From: a virus
DNA length: 64,000 nt
Strand: one strand, 5' to 3'
IMG/VR virus record: IMGVR_UViG_3300044608_002890
Shown piece after piece: positions 16,922-27,614 of the stretch. The notes under the pieces were generated by a model. That model did no database searches. It saw only the letters and a program-made list of their open reading frames with translations, and was not told where the DNA came from. The first letter of the stretch is position 1, and every line of letters starts with the position of its first letter. The translations under genes were made by a program, and so were the position numbers.

Positions 16922-17311
16922 ATGTCAAGAGCTACCAGAACCTATTCCGATTTAGATTTCGCTTTCAGTCGTGCGGCTAACAATGATCTAGCTGTAAAAT
17001 ACGATGAAAACGCCATCAAACAGTCTGTTAGAAATCTTGTTCTAACAGCTAACTACGAACGCCCTTTTCATCCTGAAATAGGTTGTCAGGCACATGGTTT
17101 GCTATTTGAGAATTTTACACCCATAACTGAGCAAATTGTTAGGCAGACTGTGTATGATGTGCTTACCAAGTTCGAAGGCAGAATCTATGTGCTTGACATC
17201 AAAACCAATGCTTTGCAGGATGACAACCAGCTACAGGTTTCTGTGACTTTTAGATTTAGAAACGATCCAAACCCTATTACAGTAAATACATTCCTCAGTA
17301 GAGTTCGCTAA
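16922..17311 (+). CDS. gp25: Baseplate wedge subunit
   Basis: YSDLD, AIKQSVRNLVLT...ERPFHPEIGC motifs. Confidence 0.95.
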   Translation: MSRATRTYSDLDFAFSRAANNDLAVKYDENAIKQSVRNLVLTANYERPFHPEIGCQAHGLLFENFTPITEQIVRQTVYDVLTKFEGRIYVLDIKTNALQDDNQLQVSVTFRFRNDPNPITVNTFLSRVR

Positions 17312-19191
17312 TGGCCAATCTAAGAGTAACAGAGTTAGATTTTGATACCATCAAGAATAATCTCAAAGAATTTTTGAAGGATCAGGATACCCTAAACAGC
17401 TATGATTACGAAGGTAGCGCACTTAGTGTTCTATTAGATCTTCTCAGCTATAATACACATTACAATGCCTACTTGGCCAACATGCTGGCCAATGAAATGT
17501 TCTTGGACAGTGCAGTCAAAAGAGAAAGCGCTGTAAGCATCGCCCGTCATTTGGGATTTACTCCCAGAAGCACACGTGGTGCAGTAGCCACGGTTAATTT
17601 TACCATTGTTGATAACACTACAACATCACCAGAAGCTACACTTGAACGCTATAGTGTTTTTAATTTTTCCATCAATGGTAAATCCTATCCCTTTGTAAAC
17701 GAAGAAGCAAAATCGGTTTTTAATGTTGGTGGTGCTTATGCTTTTTTGAATGTTAAACTCAAGCAAGGTACTCCAGAAATATTTCGATATACTGTGACCA
17801 ATCCAGGTCCCGATGAGAAATATGTCATACCCAATGATAATGTTGATACATCCAGTATCTTGGTGTCTGTGCAGACTAGTTCAACAGATACTACTACCAA
17901 TACCTATAAGGTAGCTACCAGCATAGATGGCATTGATGGTACTGCCAGAAATGGCCGTTATTGTTTTCTAGAAGAGAATCAATTTGGTCGATACCAACTG
18001 TATTTTGGTGATGGTGTTGTTGGCTACAAGTTATCAGCAGGCAACATAGTAACCATAGAGTACTTGATTTCGCAGGGCAGTGCTTGCAATAGTTTACCCA
18101 CCGAAGAACTAGCTTTTACATTGTCATCAGTCCCCACAAACCTTACTACCAGTACCATTACTTCAAGAAGCGTTTTGAGTAGGCCGGCCTATGGTGCCAA
18201 CAAACAAACCATCAAAGAAATTAAATTTTTGGCACCTTTAATTAGATCTGCAGCAGATCGTGCAGTGACTGGCAATGACTATGGTGCTCTGATTACCAGC
18301 CTTAAACCCCAGATAGAAAGCGTAAGCGTTTGGGGCGGTGAGGAAAATGATCCACCAGTCTATGGTAAAATATTCATCAGTGCCAAACCCACAACTGGTC
18401 TTGTGCTTGATGAAGCCACCAAAGATGAAATAAAATTTGATATCCTGGCCAAAAGAAAAGTATTAGCCATTACACCTGAGATAGTAGACCCAGAGTACTT
18501 GCATCTAGGTCTAGATGTACGTGTCAAATATAATAGCAATGTCTCGGGCAGCAGCGCATCAAAACTTCAGAGTCTCATAAGATTAAAAACAGAAAATTAT
18601 TTTGATACTGAACTTGAAAAATTCAACAAGGCATTCATTTACTACAAATATCTAAATGAACTTGATGGTTTGGATGATAGTATTACAAGTATTCTCGTTG
18701 GTCTAAAAATTCAGAGACGTTTGGATCCCAGACTCAATGTTGCCAATGAGTATAGTAACTTCAACAACATCAAGATGTACAATCGTATTCATCCCAACAG
18801 CGTCCGAAGTACATACTTTACTATACTAGATCTTGACAACATCATAAAGACTGTATACTTCAGAGACAACGCTGGCAATCCACCCAATTACAATGGCACC
18901 GGGGAGTTAGAACTCTGGCAAGTGGATGAAAGTAACAATACTTCGTTTTTGTTGTTGCCCAAACAGGGCATGGTGAACTATGCTACCGGTGAAATAAGCA
19001 CCAAACAGTTTACACCACGAGGTTTTAGGGGCAGCATAGGTGATTTAAGATTCATGGCTGATGTTCAAGAAAGTAATTATGATGTACAGGTTGTAAGAAA
19101 TGTGCTTCTGACACTTGATGATAGCCCGTTCATACCATTGTCGGGTCTGAAACCTGGTTTAAATATTTCAGTCATAGCTGTCAGCGAATAA
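17311..19191 (+). CDS. gp6: Baseplate wedge subunit
   Basis: LRVTELDFDTIKNNLKEFL...YDYEGSALSVLLDLLSYNTHYNA, FGDGVVG, RAVTGNDY, VWGGEENDPPVYGKIFIS. Confidence 0.96.
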   Translation: MANLRVTELDFDTIKNNLKEFLKDQDTLNSYDYEGSALSVLLDLLSYNTHYNAYLANMLANEMFLDSAVKRESAVSIARHLGFTPRSTRGAVATVNFTIVDNTTTSPEATLERYSVFNFSINGKSYPFVNEEAKSVFNVGGAYAFLNVKLKQGTPEIFRYTVTNPGPDEKYVIPNDNVDTSSILVSVQTSSTDTTTNTYKVATSIDGIDGTARNGRYCFLEENQFGRYQLYFGDGVVGYKLSAGNIVTIEYLISQGSACNSLPTEELAFTLSSVPTNLTTSTITSRSVLSRPAYGANKQTIKEIKFLAPLIRSAADRAVTGNDYGALITSLKPQIESVSVWGGEENDPPVYGKIFISAKPTTGLVLDEATKDEIKFDILAKRKVLAITPEIVDPEYLHLGLDVRVKYNSNVSGSSASKLQSLIRLKTENYFDTELEKFNKAFIYYKYLNELDGLDDSITSILVGLKIQRRLDPRLNVANEYSNFNNIKMYNRIHPNSVRSTYFTILDLDNIIKTVYFRDNAGNPPNYNGTGELELWQVDESNNTSFLLLPKQGMVNYATGEISTKQFTPRGFRGSIGDLRFMADVQESNYDVQVVRNVLLTLDDSPFIPLSGLKPGLNISVIAVSE

Positions 19192-21930
19192 ATGGCACAA
19201 TATCTCAACAAGCGCATAAGTTCACTGGTAGCATCTCAGCTACCCAGCCATGTTCGACAGCAATACGAAACATTCGTTTTGTTTTCCGAAGCCTACTATG
19301 AATTTTTAGAACAAAGCAAGGCTCCACAGGAAGTCATACAGAACATACAATTATATGGCGACATAGACCATAGTGTGGATGAATTCATACGATATTTTTA
19401 TAAAAATTATTGTGCGGATTTTCCTGTAAATCCACAGGCAGATAAGAAACATACACTCAAGCACATCAATGATCTTTATAATAGAAAGGGATCAGAAAAA
19501 GCAGTAAAATTGCTTTTTAGATTGCTATACAATAGCGATGTCAGTTTTTATTATCCGGAAATTCAAGTATTCAAGGCCAGTGGGGCAAGATATCGAGATC
19601 GCATAAGCATTCGGGTCAACGCTCCCCTGAAAACCATGAATCGTTTGATTGGGCAAAAAATTGTAGGCGCAATTTCAGGAGCCACGGCTAGAATAACCGA
19701 TGTACAAAATGCAGATCTTTCCAATCAGGTACAAGAACTTTTCTTAGATCGTAAAACCCTCAGCGGCAATTTTACACCCAATGAGAACATCATTTGTTCT
19801 TTGCCTGGACAGAGTAACGAATTGTTTGTTAGTAAAACCTATAATGCGTTTCTGTCGCGCTTTCCAAGCAGCACTGAACTTGCCATAAACGTAGTTGGTC
19901 TTGAAGATGGTACATTGACGCCACAAGACATCATATATGCAGTAGCAAGAAGCGAAGAATGTGAAAACTATTTGACCAGTCCTGTGGATTTCATGAAAGT
20001 TTTAATGTTTCAAACCACAGGTAATAATTTGACCAATGATGAATACATTCAGAACTATGGCCCAAGATTGTTATATGGTACCAGCAGAATAACAATCATA
20101 TTGGAACTATTGGATACCAAAGATAGTAAAGAATATCTGGAGTACACCCTAAGAAACGAAGATACCATTGTAGTAACTGCTAATGTCAGACCTGTTGTGA
20201 CCAATGTTACTGTTATAAGCAGAGGATATAACTACAATGTTGGTGACATAGTTACTATAGACACAAACCTTGGCAACAATTATCTAAATGCCAAGGTTGT
20301 AGAAGTTAGTTATTTTAGTAAATTGAACGGTGATAGCAATCTGGCCAATGGCGGCAATATTACCTATGGCATAGTTAAGGTAGATCTTGACAGTTTTGAT
20401 AGCACCAATGTAACCTATGCCAATGCCAATCTCATACTAAGAACTCTAGATCTTACCAGAGCCAACGTAGTTGCTAGAGCTCGTTATGCCAATGACATGC
20501 CCAATCTTCATGCTGAGATTGCTGCAGGTAACCTAAGTCTTAGCTATGGCCAACGAGCCAATCTCAAGGCCCAGATAGGCGCTTTGTGTGAATATCCAGG
20601 CAACTGGAAAGTTGATCGTAGCAGCGGTGTTACTGAGGGACTCATCAGCGTACCTGAAAATCGTTTCGGTGGCATGGTCTTTCGTGGGCGCAAAGATGAT
20701 GGATCACAAACTGCCATATTTAATTCATTTGTAAGTGATGCATTTCTATTGCTTTTGGATAGAGCTGCTACCAGCAAAGAAGCAAGCAATTATCAGACCA
20801 TATTTTCTAACTTTACTGATATTTTTGATGCATTTGAACAAATAATATTGAAAATTATTGATACTGTAGAATTTAGAAGCACCAGCAGATATCTGAATGT
20901 TACTTCCTTCATAACTACTTTGTTTGGGCTGTGCAGAGGTACCAACCCTTCTACAACAGATCTAAAATACTGGAGAAACTATCTAAGAAGCGAGAATTAC
21001 GCACATTCAGCTAAACTTGATGTTGCATCCAGCATAGCTACAAGCATGGAAGCCAAACTAAATTATGAGAAGTCTTATAACCCAAATCTTCTCATAAAAA
21101 ACGACATTTACTTTCAACCGTTTAGTTATGTATTACAAACCAATGAGAATATCAATATATGGCGTGAAATTGTTAAAAAACTAGTTCATCCTGCTGGTTT
21201 GGTATTTTTTGGTAGACAGTCCATAAGCAATACACCAGACGCTGGTGGTGGCGGTGGCGTGGCTCCCCCAATACCTGGGACCATTGTTTCCACGGCTGGT
21301 GGCGGTTCAATTAAATCTATCTATCAATTCTTGAACATACCCATAAGGGTTCTTAAGTCATTACCTACGTTGGCACCACAGGCAACTGGCTTTACATCAC
21401 CGCAAAAATACATTCTATCAACTGTAACTGGCAGCTATCCATGGTCCAATGCCAACGTAAGCTACATTGGCGCAGGTCCAAGATATGAAACCATAGATCG
21501 TTGGAAAACCAGCTATAGTGCCACTGTAGATGGTCAAGATACAATGTATGCGCAAATACTTGCCAACATAAGCATCAGCCAATTTGATGCCGACAACATC
21601 AGAAATAAATTTGATATTTCTCCACCGCTATATACATCGAATGCCAATGGTAACTTTACATTCGCATTGACTGCATCGGCCAATGCCATTGAAGAAGGTC
21701 GTGTCATTACCTTCACAGTTAATACAGGTAATGTACCTAGCGGAACTGAACTTTACTATGTTATTGAGCAAGGTACACAACGAGCCAATGCCGATCCCAA
21801 CAAAGGCGACATAGCGTTTCTGTTAGAGGGCTTAGCAAGTGACACACCAGCTGCCAATGCCAATCAAATTAACTATCTCAATCCATCTTCAGTATCCGGT
21901 TATTACTACGTAAACTGGGACAATACATAG
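19192..21930 (+). CDS. gp7: Baseplate wedge initiator (gp7-like) with DUF4214-like insert and half an Ig-like repeat at the C-terminus
   Basis: LKHINDLYNRKGSEKAVKLLFRLLY; YFQPFSYV...W...VKKLVHPAGL.FFG; position between gp6 and gp8. Confidence 0.75.
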   Translation: MAQYLNKRISSLVASQLPSHVRQQYETFVLFSEAYYEFLEQSKAPQEVIQNIQLYGDIDHSVDEFIRYFYKNYCADFPVNPQADKKHTLKHINDLYNRKGSEKAVKLLFRLLYNSDVSFYYPEIQVFKASGARYRDRISIRVNAPLKTMNRLIGQKIVGAISGATARITDVQNADLSNQVQELFLDRKTLSGNFTPNENIICSLPGQSNELFVSKTYNAFLSRFPSSTELAINVVGLEDGTLTPQDIIYAVARSEECENYLTSPVDFMKVLMFQTTGNNLTNDEYIQNYGPRLLYGTSRITIILELLDTKDSKEYLEYTLRNEDTIVVTANVRPVVTNVTVISRGYNYNVGDIVTIDTNLGNNYLNAKVVEVSYFSKLNGDSNLANGGNITYGIVKVDLDSFDSTNVTYANANLILRTLDLTRANVVARARYANDMPNLHAEIAAGNLSLSYGQRANLKAQIGALCEYPGNWKVDRSSGVTEGLISVPENRFGGMVFRGRKDDGSQTAIFNSFVSDAFLLLLDRAATSKEASNYQTIFSNFTDIFDAFEQIILKIIDTVEFRSTSRYLNVTSFITTLFGLCRGTNPSTTDLKYWRNYLRSENYAHSAKLDVASSIATSMEAKLNYEKSYNPNLLIKNDIYFQPFSYVLQTNENINIWREIVKKLVHPAGLVFFGRQSISNTPDAGGGGGVAPPIPGTIVSTAGGGSIKSIYQFLNIPIRVLKSLPTLAPQATGFTSPQKYILSTVTGSYPWSNANVSYIGAGPRYETIDRWKTSYSATVDGQDTMYAQILANISISQFDADNIRNKFDISPPLYTSNANGNFTFALTASANAIEEGRVITFTVNTGNVPSGTELYYVIEQGTQRANADPNKGDIAFLLEGLASDTPAANANQINYLNPSSVSGYYYVNWDNT

Positions 21931-21946
21931 GTCTGCTAGGAACAAA

Positions 21947-22570
21947 ATGTCTGCTGATAAAGTTGTGCTAGTATATTGTGAAATGAATGGCAATAATCTT
22001 GCCAATGCCAGCAGCGTTGGTGGATGGATGCTGTTGGATACAAATTTTTTGAATATATACGATGATTTCATTGGTGTTACTCTCAACAATATGACACGCA
22101 ATGGCAGTCAATATGATGCAGATGCTGTTGATGGTTACTTGAGAACCATAGCCATACCATTACCAAAAAAATCTCGCGGAATACGCATAGATTTTATGAA
22201 TCTAGAAAATATCAATAATGCTGATGGTGGTTTAAATCGTGCTGCATTGTCTGATGTCTATGCTGCGGGCAATGGAACCAGCGTGTTTTTGGGCACTGAT
22301 TTCAACCATTTTGGAGTCAGTGCACATGGTGCCAACAACATAGGCAACACGTATGTGTCCTTGTCCACCATGGTAAATGTACAGAATACAGTGCAAGGAG
22401 TTGCGTTTTTTGGTAACCAGGGCACAACTAACAAACGGGCCAACGTAGGTAATGTATATTTCTTACAGACCGACGACATAGGCTTTGACATGAATAAGTT
22501 AATCATCAGCCAAAGTGATGGTTCATCCGAACGCATCAACATCAGAGACCTGAGAATCTGGATTCGATAA
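21947..22570 (+). CDS. Hypothetical beta-rich protein (207 aa)
   Basis: AGGA RBS; TAATG coupling to the next gene. Confidence 0.6.
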   Translation: MSADKVVLVYCEMNGNNLANASSVGGWMLLDTNFLNIYDDFIGVTLNNMTRNGSQYDADAVDGYLRTIAIPLPKKSRGIRIDFMNLENINNADGGLNRAALSDVYAAGNGTSVFLGTDFNHFGVSAHGANNIGNTYVSLSTMVNVQNTVQGVAFFGNQGTTNKRANVGNVYFLQTDDIGFDMNKLIISQSDGSSERINIRDLRIWIR

Positions 22571-25500
22571 TGCCGCATCGTCCATACGTCAATACCATAG
22601 CAACAATTGGAAAAATTGTTATCAACAACAATACCGCATCATTGCCGGTATTTTTCAGGCGCGATGCCAACACCGAGGGATCGGAAAATTTTACCTTTAA
22701 GATTCTGGCCAGCCCAGAATATGCACTTGGTGCCAATCTATCCACAACGGTGACTGTCTACGATAATAGCATCAATAGATCATTTCTGCTTACTACTACG
22801 CCCAACATCACATCGGCCAACGAAGGCGAAAGCTACATTGTAAACATTTATACAACAGAGATCGAAGATGGAACGGTGATGGCCTGGCAGATAGATGGTG
22901 TGCAGGCCTTTGATCTTGTCACACCTTTGAGTGGAAATGTCACCATAGTTAATAACTATGCCAATGTAAACATCATAACCATAAGAGATCGAGACACCGA
23001 AGGTCCAGAGACTGTGCATTTCATGCTCAAGTCTAATACAGACCCGCACATAGAACTCAACCAAAATCTCTATGCCAACGTAACTCTAGTAGACACCAGT
23101 CGTGCTCCCAACATAGCGCTCATAGCCAATGTATATACTGTGGCCGAAGGCGACGCTGTAGAATTCATGGTGCTAACAGCCAATCTGGAAAGCAATGTAA
23201 TTTTTAACTATACCATCGATGGTATTAGTCAGGTAGATTTGGTTTTTGGTACGTTGACTGGTAAAATGGCACACAATGCCTATAACAGCAACAACAATGG
23301 AAATGCCAATGTAGTGTTGCGCATAGCCAAAGACAGATTGACCGAAGGTACTGAAACACTTAGATTTACTTTGTTGTCCGACAACAGCATAAAACTTCTC
23401 AGCAACCTGCATGCCAATGTTGTCATAACCGACAACAGCCGTACTCCTGCTTACACAGTGTCATCCAATGTTGCCATTGTTGGTGAAGGTGGTAGTGTAA
23501 AGTTTTCTGTGCTTGGTACCAACGTTGACAATAATACAGCCATGGCCTATGTTCTCGAAGGCGTTACGGCTGATGACATTGTTGGTGGTGTATCCAAATT
23601 AGGTGGTGATATTGCGTTGCTTAGCACTGATGGTGGGTTCAGCGCCTGGGCCAATGTGGACGTTGGCATACGCGAAGACCGAGTTACCGAAGGCATAGAA
23701 ACATTGACCTTTGTGCTATTGAGAAATACTTTGATATCGCATAATACAAATTCATCGGTCAGTGTAGCTATTCAGGATCTGAGCCAGTATCCCACCCTAT
23801 CAGTGACGGCCAATAGATCATCGGTAGATGAAAATGGTGTTGTTCAGTTCAACATAGTAACCACAGATGTTCCTGCTAGTAGTAAATTTGAATATACCAT
23901 TACCCCCATGGCCGACGTTAATAGTCATGTTTCAGTTGGAACCTATACAACAACCAAAGGCATATTCGCTGTAAATTCAGCTGGCAGAGCCAATGTTGTT
24001 GTTTACATGAAAGAAGATTACATTACCGAAGGCGCTGAATTTCTAACCATTACCATACCAGCAAATCTTGCTGCCAATACCGATGGCACAAGCGCAACTG
24101 TATTGATTAATGATACAACTCAGGCACCAAATCTTGTTCTAAGCTATGATGTTAATCCGGTCAATGAAGGCAGCAATGTACGCATTACCTTTACGGGCAC
24201 CAATATTCCCGGAGGTACACCGATTTCTTGGAGTTTAACTGCGGGTTCTTCGGACATGACACCGACCAGTGGTACGGTCATCATGGATCTTAACCCAAGT
24301 TTCCCAACTACATCTAATAGCATTTTGCTGTCTGCAATAGCAGATTCTACTACTGAAGGTAACGAAACCTATACGGTTACAACTGGTGCTGTTAGTGGTA
24401 TAAATTTAACTGCTAAATCACTTTCGGGTACCATAAAAGACACTAGTGTCAGTCCGCCAACACCTCCACCACCAGCTCCACCAGCAACACCAGTTCCACC
24501 ACCAGTAGGTACAGTTCTAACTGATTTCTTTAATTGTGATTTGGAAATAACAACGCCAGCATCCAGCAGCAGCGGTGTGTATAGTTTTCCGGGATGGAAG
24601 GTCTATATGCCTGGCGAAGGTACTGTGCCATCACACCTCAGGCTCAATGGGTTTTCTACAATTTTAGGTTATCCAACACCACAGGATCCAACACCAGCAC
24701 CATTTAGTAGCTCTACGCCCTATGGTGATCAGGATGCTCCAACTAGTGCTTCATTTGGCTATGAATTTGTTGACGACAGCCTACCAGAATTTGGTGGCAT
24801 CAAAGCTATTCGTTTGTATTCTAGCTGTTTTGGTGTTCCTTTTAACATCATTCGTGGTCCATATTTGGTAAGTGATTATTCGTGCAATCTTGTGGCCGAT
24901 AGTGTAGTGAGTTTCCATTGGAAGGCTCAGTCCGGATCTGATGATTATGATGTGTTTGCCTACTTGGTTGAAGTTAATACTGGAGCAAGCATTTTGCTTC
25001 TTGATGACATCGGCTCAAGTTCTCCTTGGCAACTTGTTACTAGAAAAATTACAGCCGGCGAAGCTGGTACCTACAAGTTCGTTTTTGTTTGCGGAACATA
25101 TGATGCCAGTGGAGGAACAGCCAGCGGTGCTAGCCTTTATCTGGACAACATCTGTGTTGACTCTGAGCTTCCCTTGAGTTCTTTTGTGAATACATCGAGC
25201 CGTTATCTTAGTTCATCCACACTGACCGTAGGTACCGGAACAAAGAATTTGGTTGTTGGTACAGGTCTTAATTGGACCGCTGGCCAGGTTATAAAATTAT
25301 ACAATGGTAATAATTCCATGACCGGCACCATAGTAAGCTACAATCCATCTACTGGTGCTTTGGTTGTTGCTGTTGACAGCTCAGTTGGTTCTGGTACCTA
25401 TGGTAATTGGGGTGTAATCAACAAAGGTGGTGCAACTACACCTCCCGCAGTTCCTCCGCCACCACCAGCATCGGCTCCTGCAGCTCCTACGGCCATAGTT

Positions 25501-27576
25501 TTAGACGGGTTTTCAAGCACTCTGATTTCTCAGATCTATAGTCCAGGACCAGGATATAAAATCTTTGACATAGATTTTGGCGACAAAACCGGCGACTTTA
25601 CACTGACTCTTGACTTCTTGAACAACTATGATTGGGCTGAACTGGATTGGAATGGCAACAAAGTCAATACTGGGTTCAACAAAGGCATTCAAACCATAAC
25701 CATCAACAAGGCCACTAGCTCACCTAGCAGCATCAGGTTGACCATTAATCCCAACAATATTACGGGCTGGGAAACACAGACCGGTAATTTTACAGCAGGT
25801 GAAGTTAATCCCGGTGGCTGGTGGCAGGGTAGTGGCGTTACTGCAGTAGGTGCTACAGTACCCTCAAGTGGTACAGTAAGCCCACCGACCACAATACCTC
25901 CGCCATACACCACCAAGCCCGATGGAACTGTGTACTGTCCTACAAGTTATGTAGGTCGTAAACTCAAAGGTACTAGTACAGTCAATTCCAACAACGAAGC
26001 CGATGTTACTGGTTCTCTGAGTGGTGATGCTGTCTGGGGTAATAATTCTCAGGGCTATTCAGATGACAGTGACTTAAGCCGAGCCGTTGTTCATGCCGGC
26101 CTGGCCAGTGTGGGTGAACTCATAAAGGTTCGCATCACTGCCAAAGATTTTGTGGCTCCTATTACGGGATCTACAGTCAACGGTGTTACATCACAATCAC
26201 TAACCAATGGTTGGTGTGGCATAACCATGACCAGACTTACACCGTTGCCAACGCCTACCTATGCCATTACGCCACAGCTTGTCAGCGTTAATGAAGGTTT
26301 CATATTAATTTTTGATGTTAATACTACTTTAGTACCTGATGCTACTACGCTTTGCTACGGAATTTCAGGAAATACAAATGCTTTGGATTATGTGCATGTA
26401 CCATATTTTGATTCTTATACTGATGTTAGATCAGCCTACATAAACAGTGTTCAGTCTGGATCTACCTGGGGATCTTGGCCAGGTTCAAGAGCTCAACCCA
26501 CGCCCAATGCCATATTGTTTGCTAACTATCATTATGCAACCGTTGGCATAGGTGAGGGTAGATTAAGCCCATCCACGCTCAATACAGATTATCTGGTTCC
26601 AAAGAAAACAGTGCCCATAAGTTCCAACCGGACTTCTGTGACTCTCTACATAACTGCAGATCAATTGACCGAAGGACCAGAAACTCTTAGAATGACACTT
26701 AGCAATTGCGCCACCAGTACCCAGCTAGTGCAATCGCCCATCATTACCATCAATGACACCAGCACGACACCAGCACTGACCTGGAGTCTTACTCCCAATG
26801 TAAGCTATCAGGATGAAGGCAACAACATACAGCTTAACATTAATGCCAATAACCTTCAGCCTTCGCACTATGGAACTTCGGGGCGTTGGGTACGTATTAG
26901 AGTTGGTGGAACCAACATTACTACCGGCGATATACAAGGTGGCAATGTAAGTAACAGTGTAAAATTTACCAGTAATATATTCCCATATTCATTTGTCTGG
27001 GGGTTTGTGGCTGATCTCGTTACCGAAGGTGTAGAAGTAGCTAGATTCGATTTATTTACTTGGTTGGATGGGGCAGCCGAAGAATTGACGACCCCTGTGG
27101 CTTGTTGTTATGTTACCATTGGTGATACCAGTACTGCTCCAGCACCCCCGCCCCCACCACCAGGAACACCTCTGCCCGTCAATCCTAGCATTACATCGTT
27201 TGGTTGGAACATCGTTAATGATAGCACCTATTTGGCCACCCAAACCCAACTAGCTGGTTTGATATGGAGAACCGATCCAGATCCTGGTGATATCACACAT
27301 GCCGAAATACGTGTGTATCGCGGATCTACCTATCAGACATCCGGCAGTGCGCAGGTCATAAGAAATACATTGGGGAATTTCCCTGCATCTGGTTCTTACA
27401 GAATCTATGAATTTACACCAGGTGATGGCGTAGCCGTTGGCCTTGGATCTAACATAAACGATGGAGAAGTTTTAAGCTATCGTCTAATCTTTACCAGATC
27501 CAATGGAACAACCTTTAGTCCAACGTTCGATTTGCAATGGCATGTAGGAAATCAACAAGATACTAGCGGCGCTTAA
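22570..27576 (+). CDS. Giant virion surface protein with Calx-beta/Ig-like repeats, LCCL domain and poly-Pro linkers
   Basis: Repeats of NEG...T.V..GT...D..TEG.ETL.F.L...I.DTS; VWGNNSQGYSDDSDLSRAVVHAG. Confidence 0.75.
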   Translation: MPHRPYVNTIATIGKIVINNNTASLPVFFRRDANTEGSENFTFKILASPEYALGANLSTTVTVYDNSINRSFLLTTTPNITSANEGESYIVNIYTTEIEDGTVMAWQIDGVQAFDLVTPLSGNVTIVNNYANVNIITIRDRDTEGPETVHFMLKSNTDPHIELNQNLYANVTLVDTSRAPNIALIANVYTVAEGDAVEFMVLTANLESNVIFNYTIDGISQVDLVFGTLTGKMAHNAYNSNNNGNANVVLRIAKDRLTEGTETLRFTLLSDNSIKLLSNLHANVVITDNSRTPAYTVSSNVAIVGEGGSVKFSVLGTNVDNNTAMAYVLEGVTADDIVGGVSKLGGDIALLSTDGGFSAWANVDVGIREDRVTEGIETLTFVLLRNTLISHNTNSSVSVAIQDLSQYPTLSVTANRSSVDENGVVQFNIVTTDVPASSKFEYTITPMADVNSHVSVGTYTTTKGIFAVNSAGRANVVVYMKEDYITEGAEFLTITIPANLAANTDGTSATVLINDTTQAPNLVLSYDVNPVNEGSNVRITFTGTNIPGGTPISWSLTAGSSDMTPTSGTVIMDLNPSFPTTSNSILLSAIADSTTEGNETYTVTTGAVSGINLTAKSLSGTIKDTSVSPPTPPPPAPPATPVPPPVGTVLTDFFNCDLEITTPASSSSGVYSFPGWKVYMPGEGTVPSHLRLNGFSTILGYPTPQDPTPAPFSSSTPYGDQDAPTSASFGYEFVDDSLPEFGGIKAIRLYSSCFGVPFNIIRGPYLVSDYSCNLVADSVVSFHWKAQSGSDDYDVFAYLVEVNTGASILLLDDIGSSSPWQLVTRKITAGEAGTYKFVFVCGTYDASGGTASGASLYLDNICVDSELPLSSFVNTSSRYLSSSTLTVGTGTKNLVVGTGLNWTAGQVIKLYNGNNSMTGTIVSYNPSTGALVVAVDSSVGSGTYGNWGVINKGGATTPPAVPPPPPASAPAAPTAIVLDGFSSTLISQIYSPGPGYKIFDIDFGDKTGDFTLTLDFLNNYDWAELDWNGNKVNTGFNKGIQTITINKATSSPSSIRLTINPNNITGWETQTGNFTAGEVNPGGWWQGSGVTAVGATVPSSGTVSPPTTIPPPYTTKPDGTVYCPTSYVGRKLKGTSTVNSNNEADVTGSLSGDAVWGNNSQGYSDDSDLSRAVVHAGLASVGELIKVRITAKDFVAPITGSTVNGVTSQSLTNGWCGITMTRLTPLPTPTYAITPQLVSVNEGFILIFDVNTTLVPDATTLCYGISGNTNALDYVHVPYFDSYTDVRSAYINSVQSGSTWGSWPGSRAQPTPNAILFANYHYATVGIGEGRLSPSTLNTDYLVPKKTVPISSNRTSVTLYITADQLTEGPETLRMTLSNCATSTQLVQSPIITINDTSTTPALTWSLTPNVSYQDEGNNIQLNINANNLQPSHYGTSGRWVRIRVGGTNITTGDIQGGNVSNSVKFTSNIFPYSFVWGFVADLVTEGVEVARFDLFTWLDGAAEELTTPVACCYVTIGDTSTAPAPPPPPPGTPLPVNPSITSFGWNIVNDSTYLATQTQLAGLIWRTDPDPGDITHAEIRVYRGSTYQTSGSAQVIRNTLGNFPASGSYRIYEFTPGDGVAVGLGSNINDGEVLSYRLIFTRSNGTTFSPTFDLQWHVGNQQDTSGA

Positions 27577-27582
27577 ATCAAT

Positions 27583-27590
27583 CATAAATA
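27583..27590 (+). promoter_or_regulatory. Late promoter CATAAATA
   Basis: Intergenic box before gp8. Confidence 0.65.
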
Positions 27591-27614
27591 ATAGATGATC
27601 ACAACGAGGCAACA

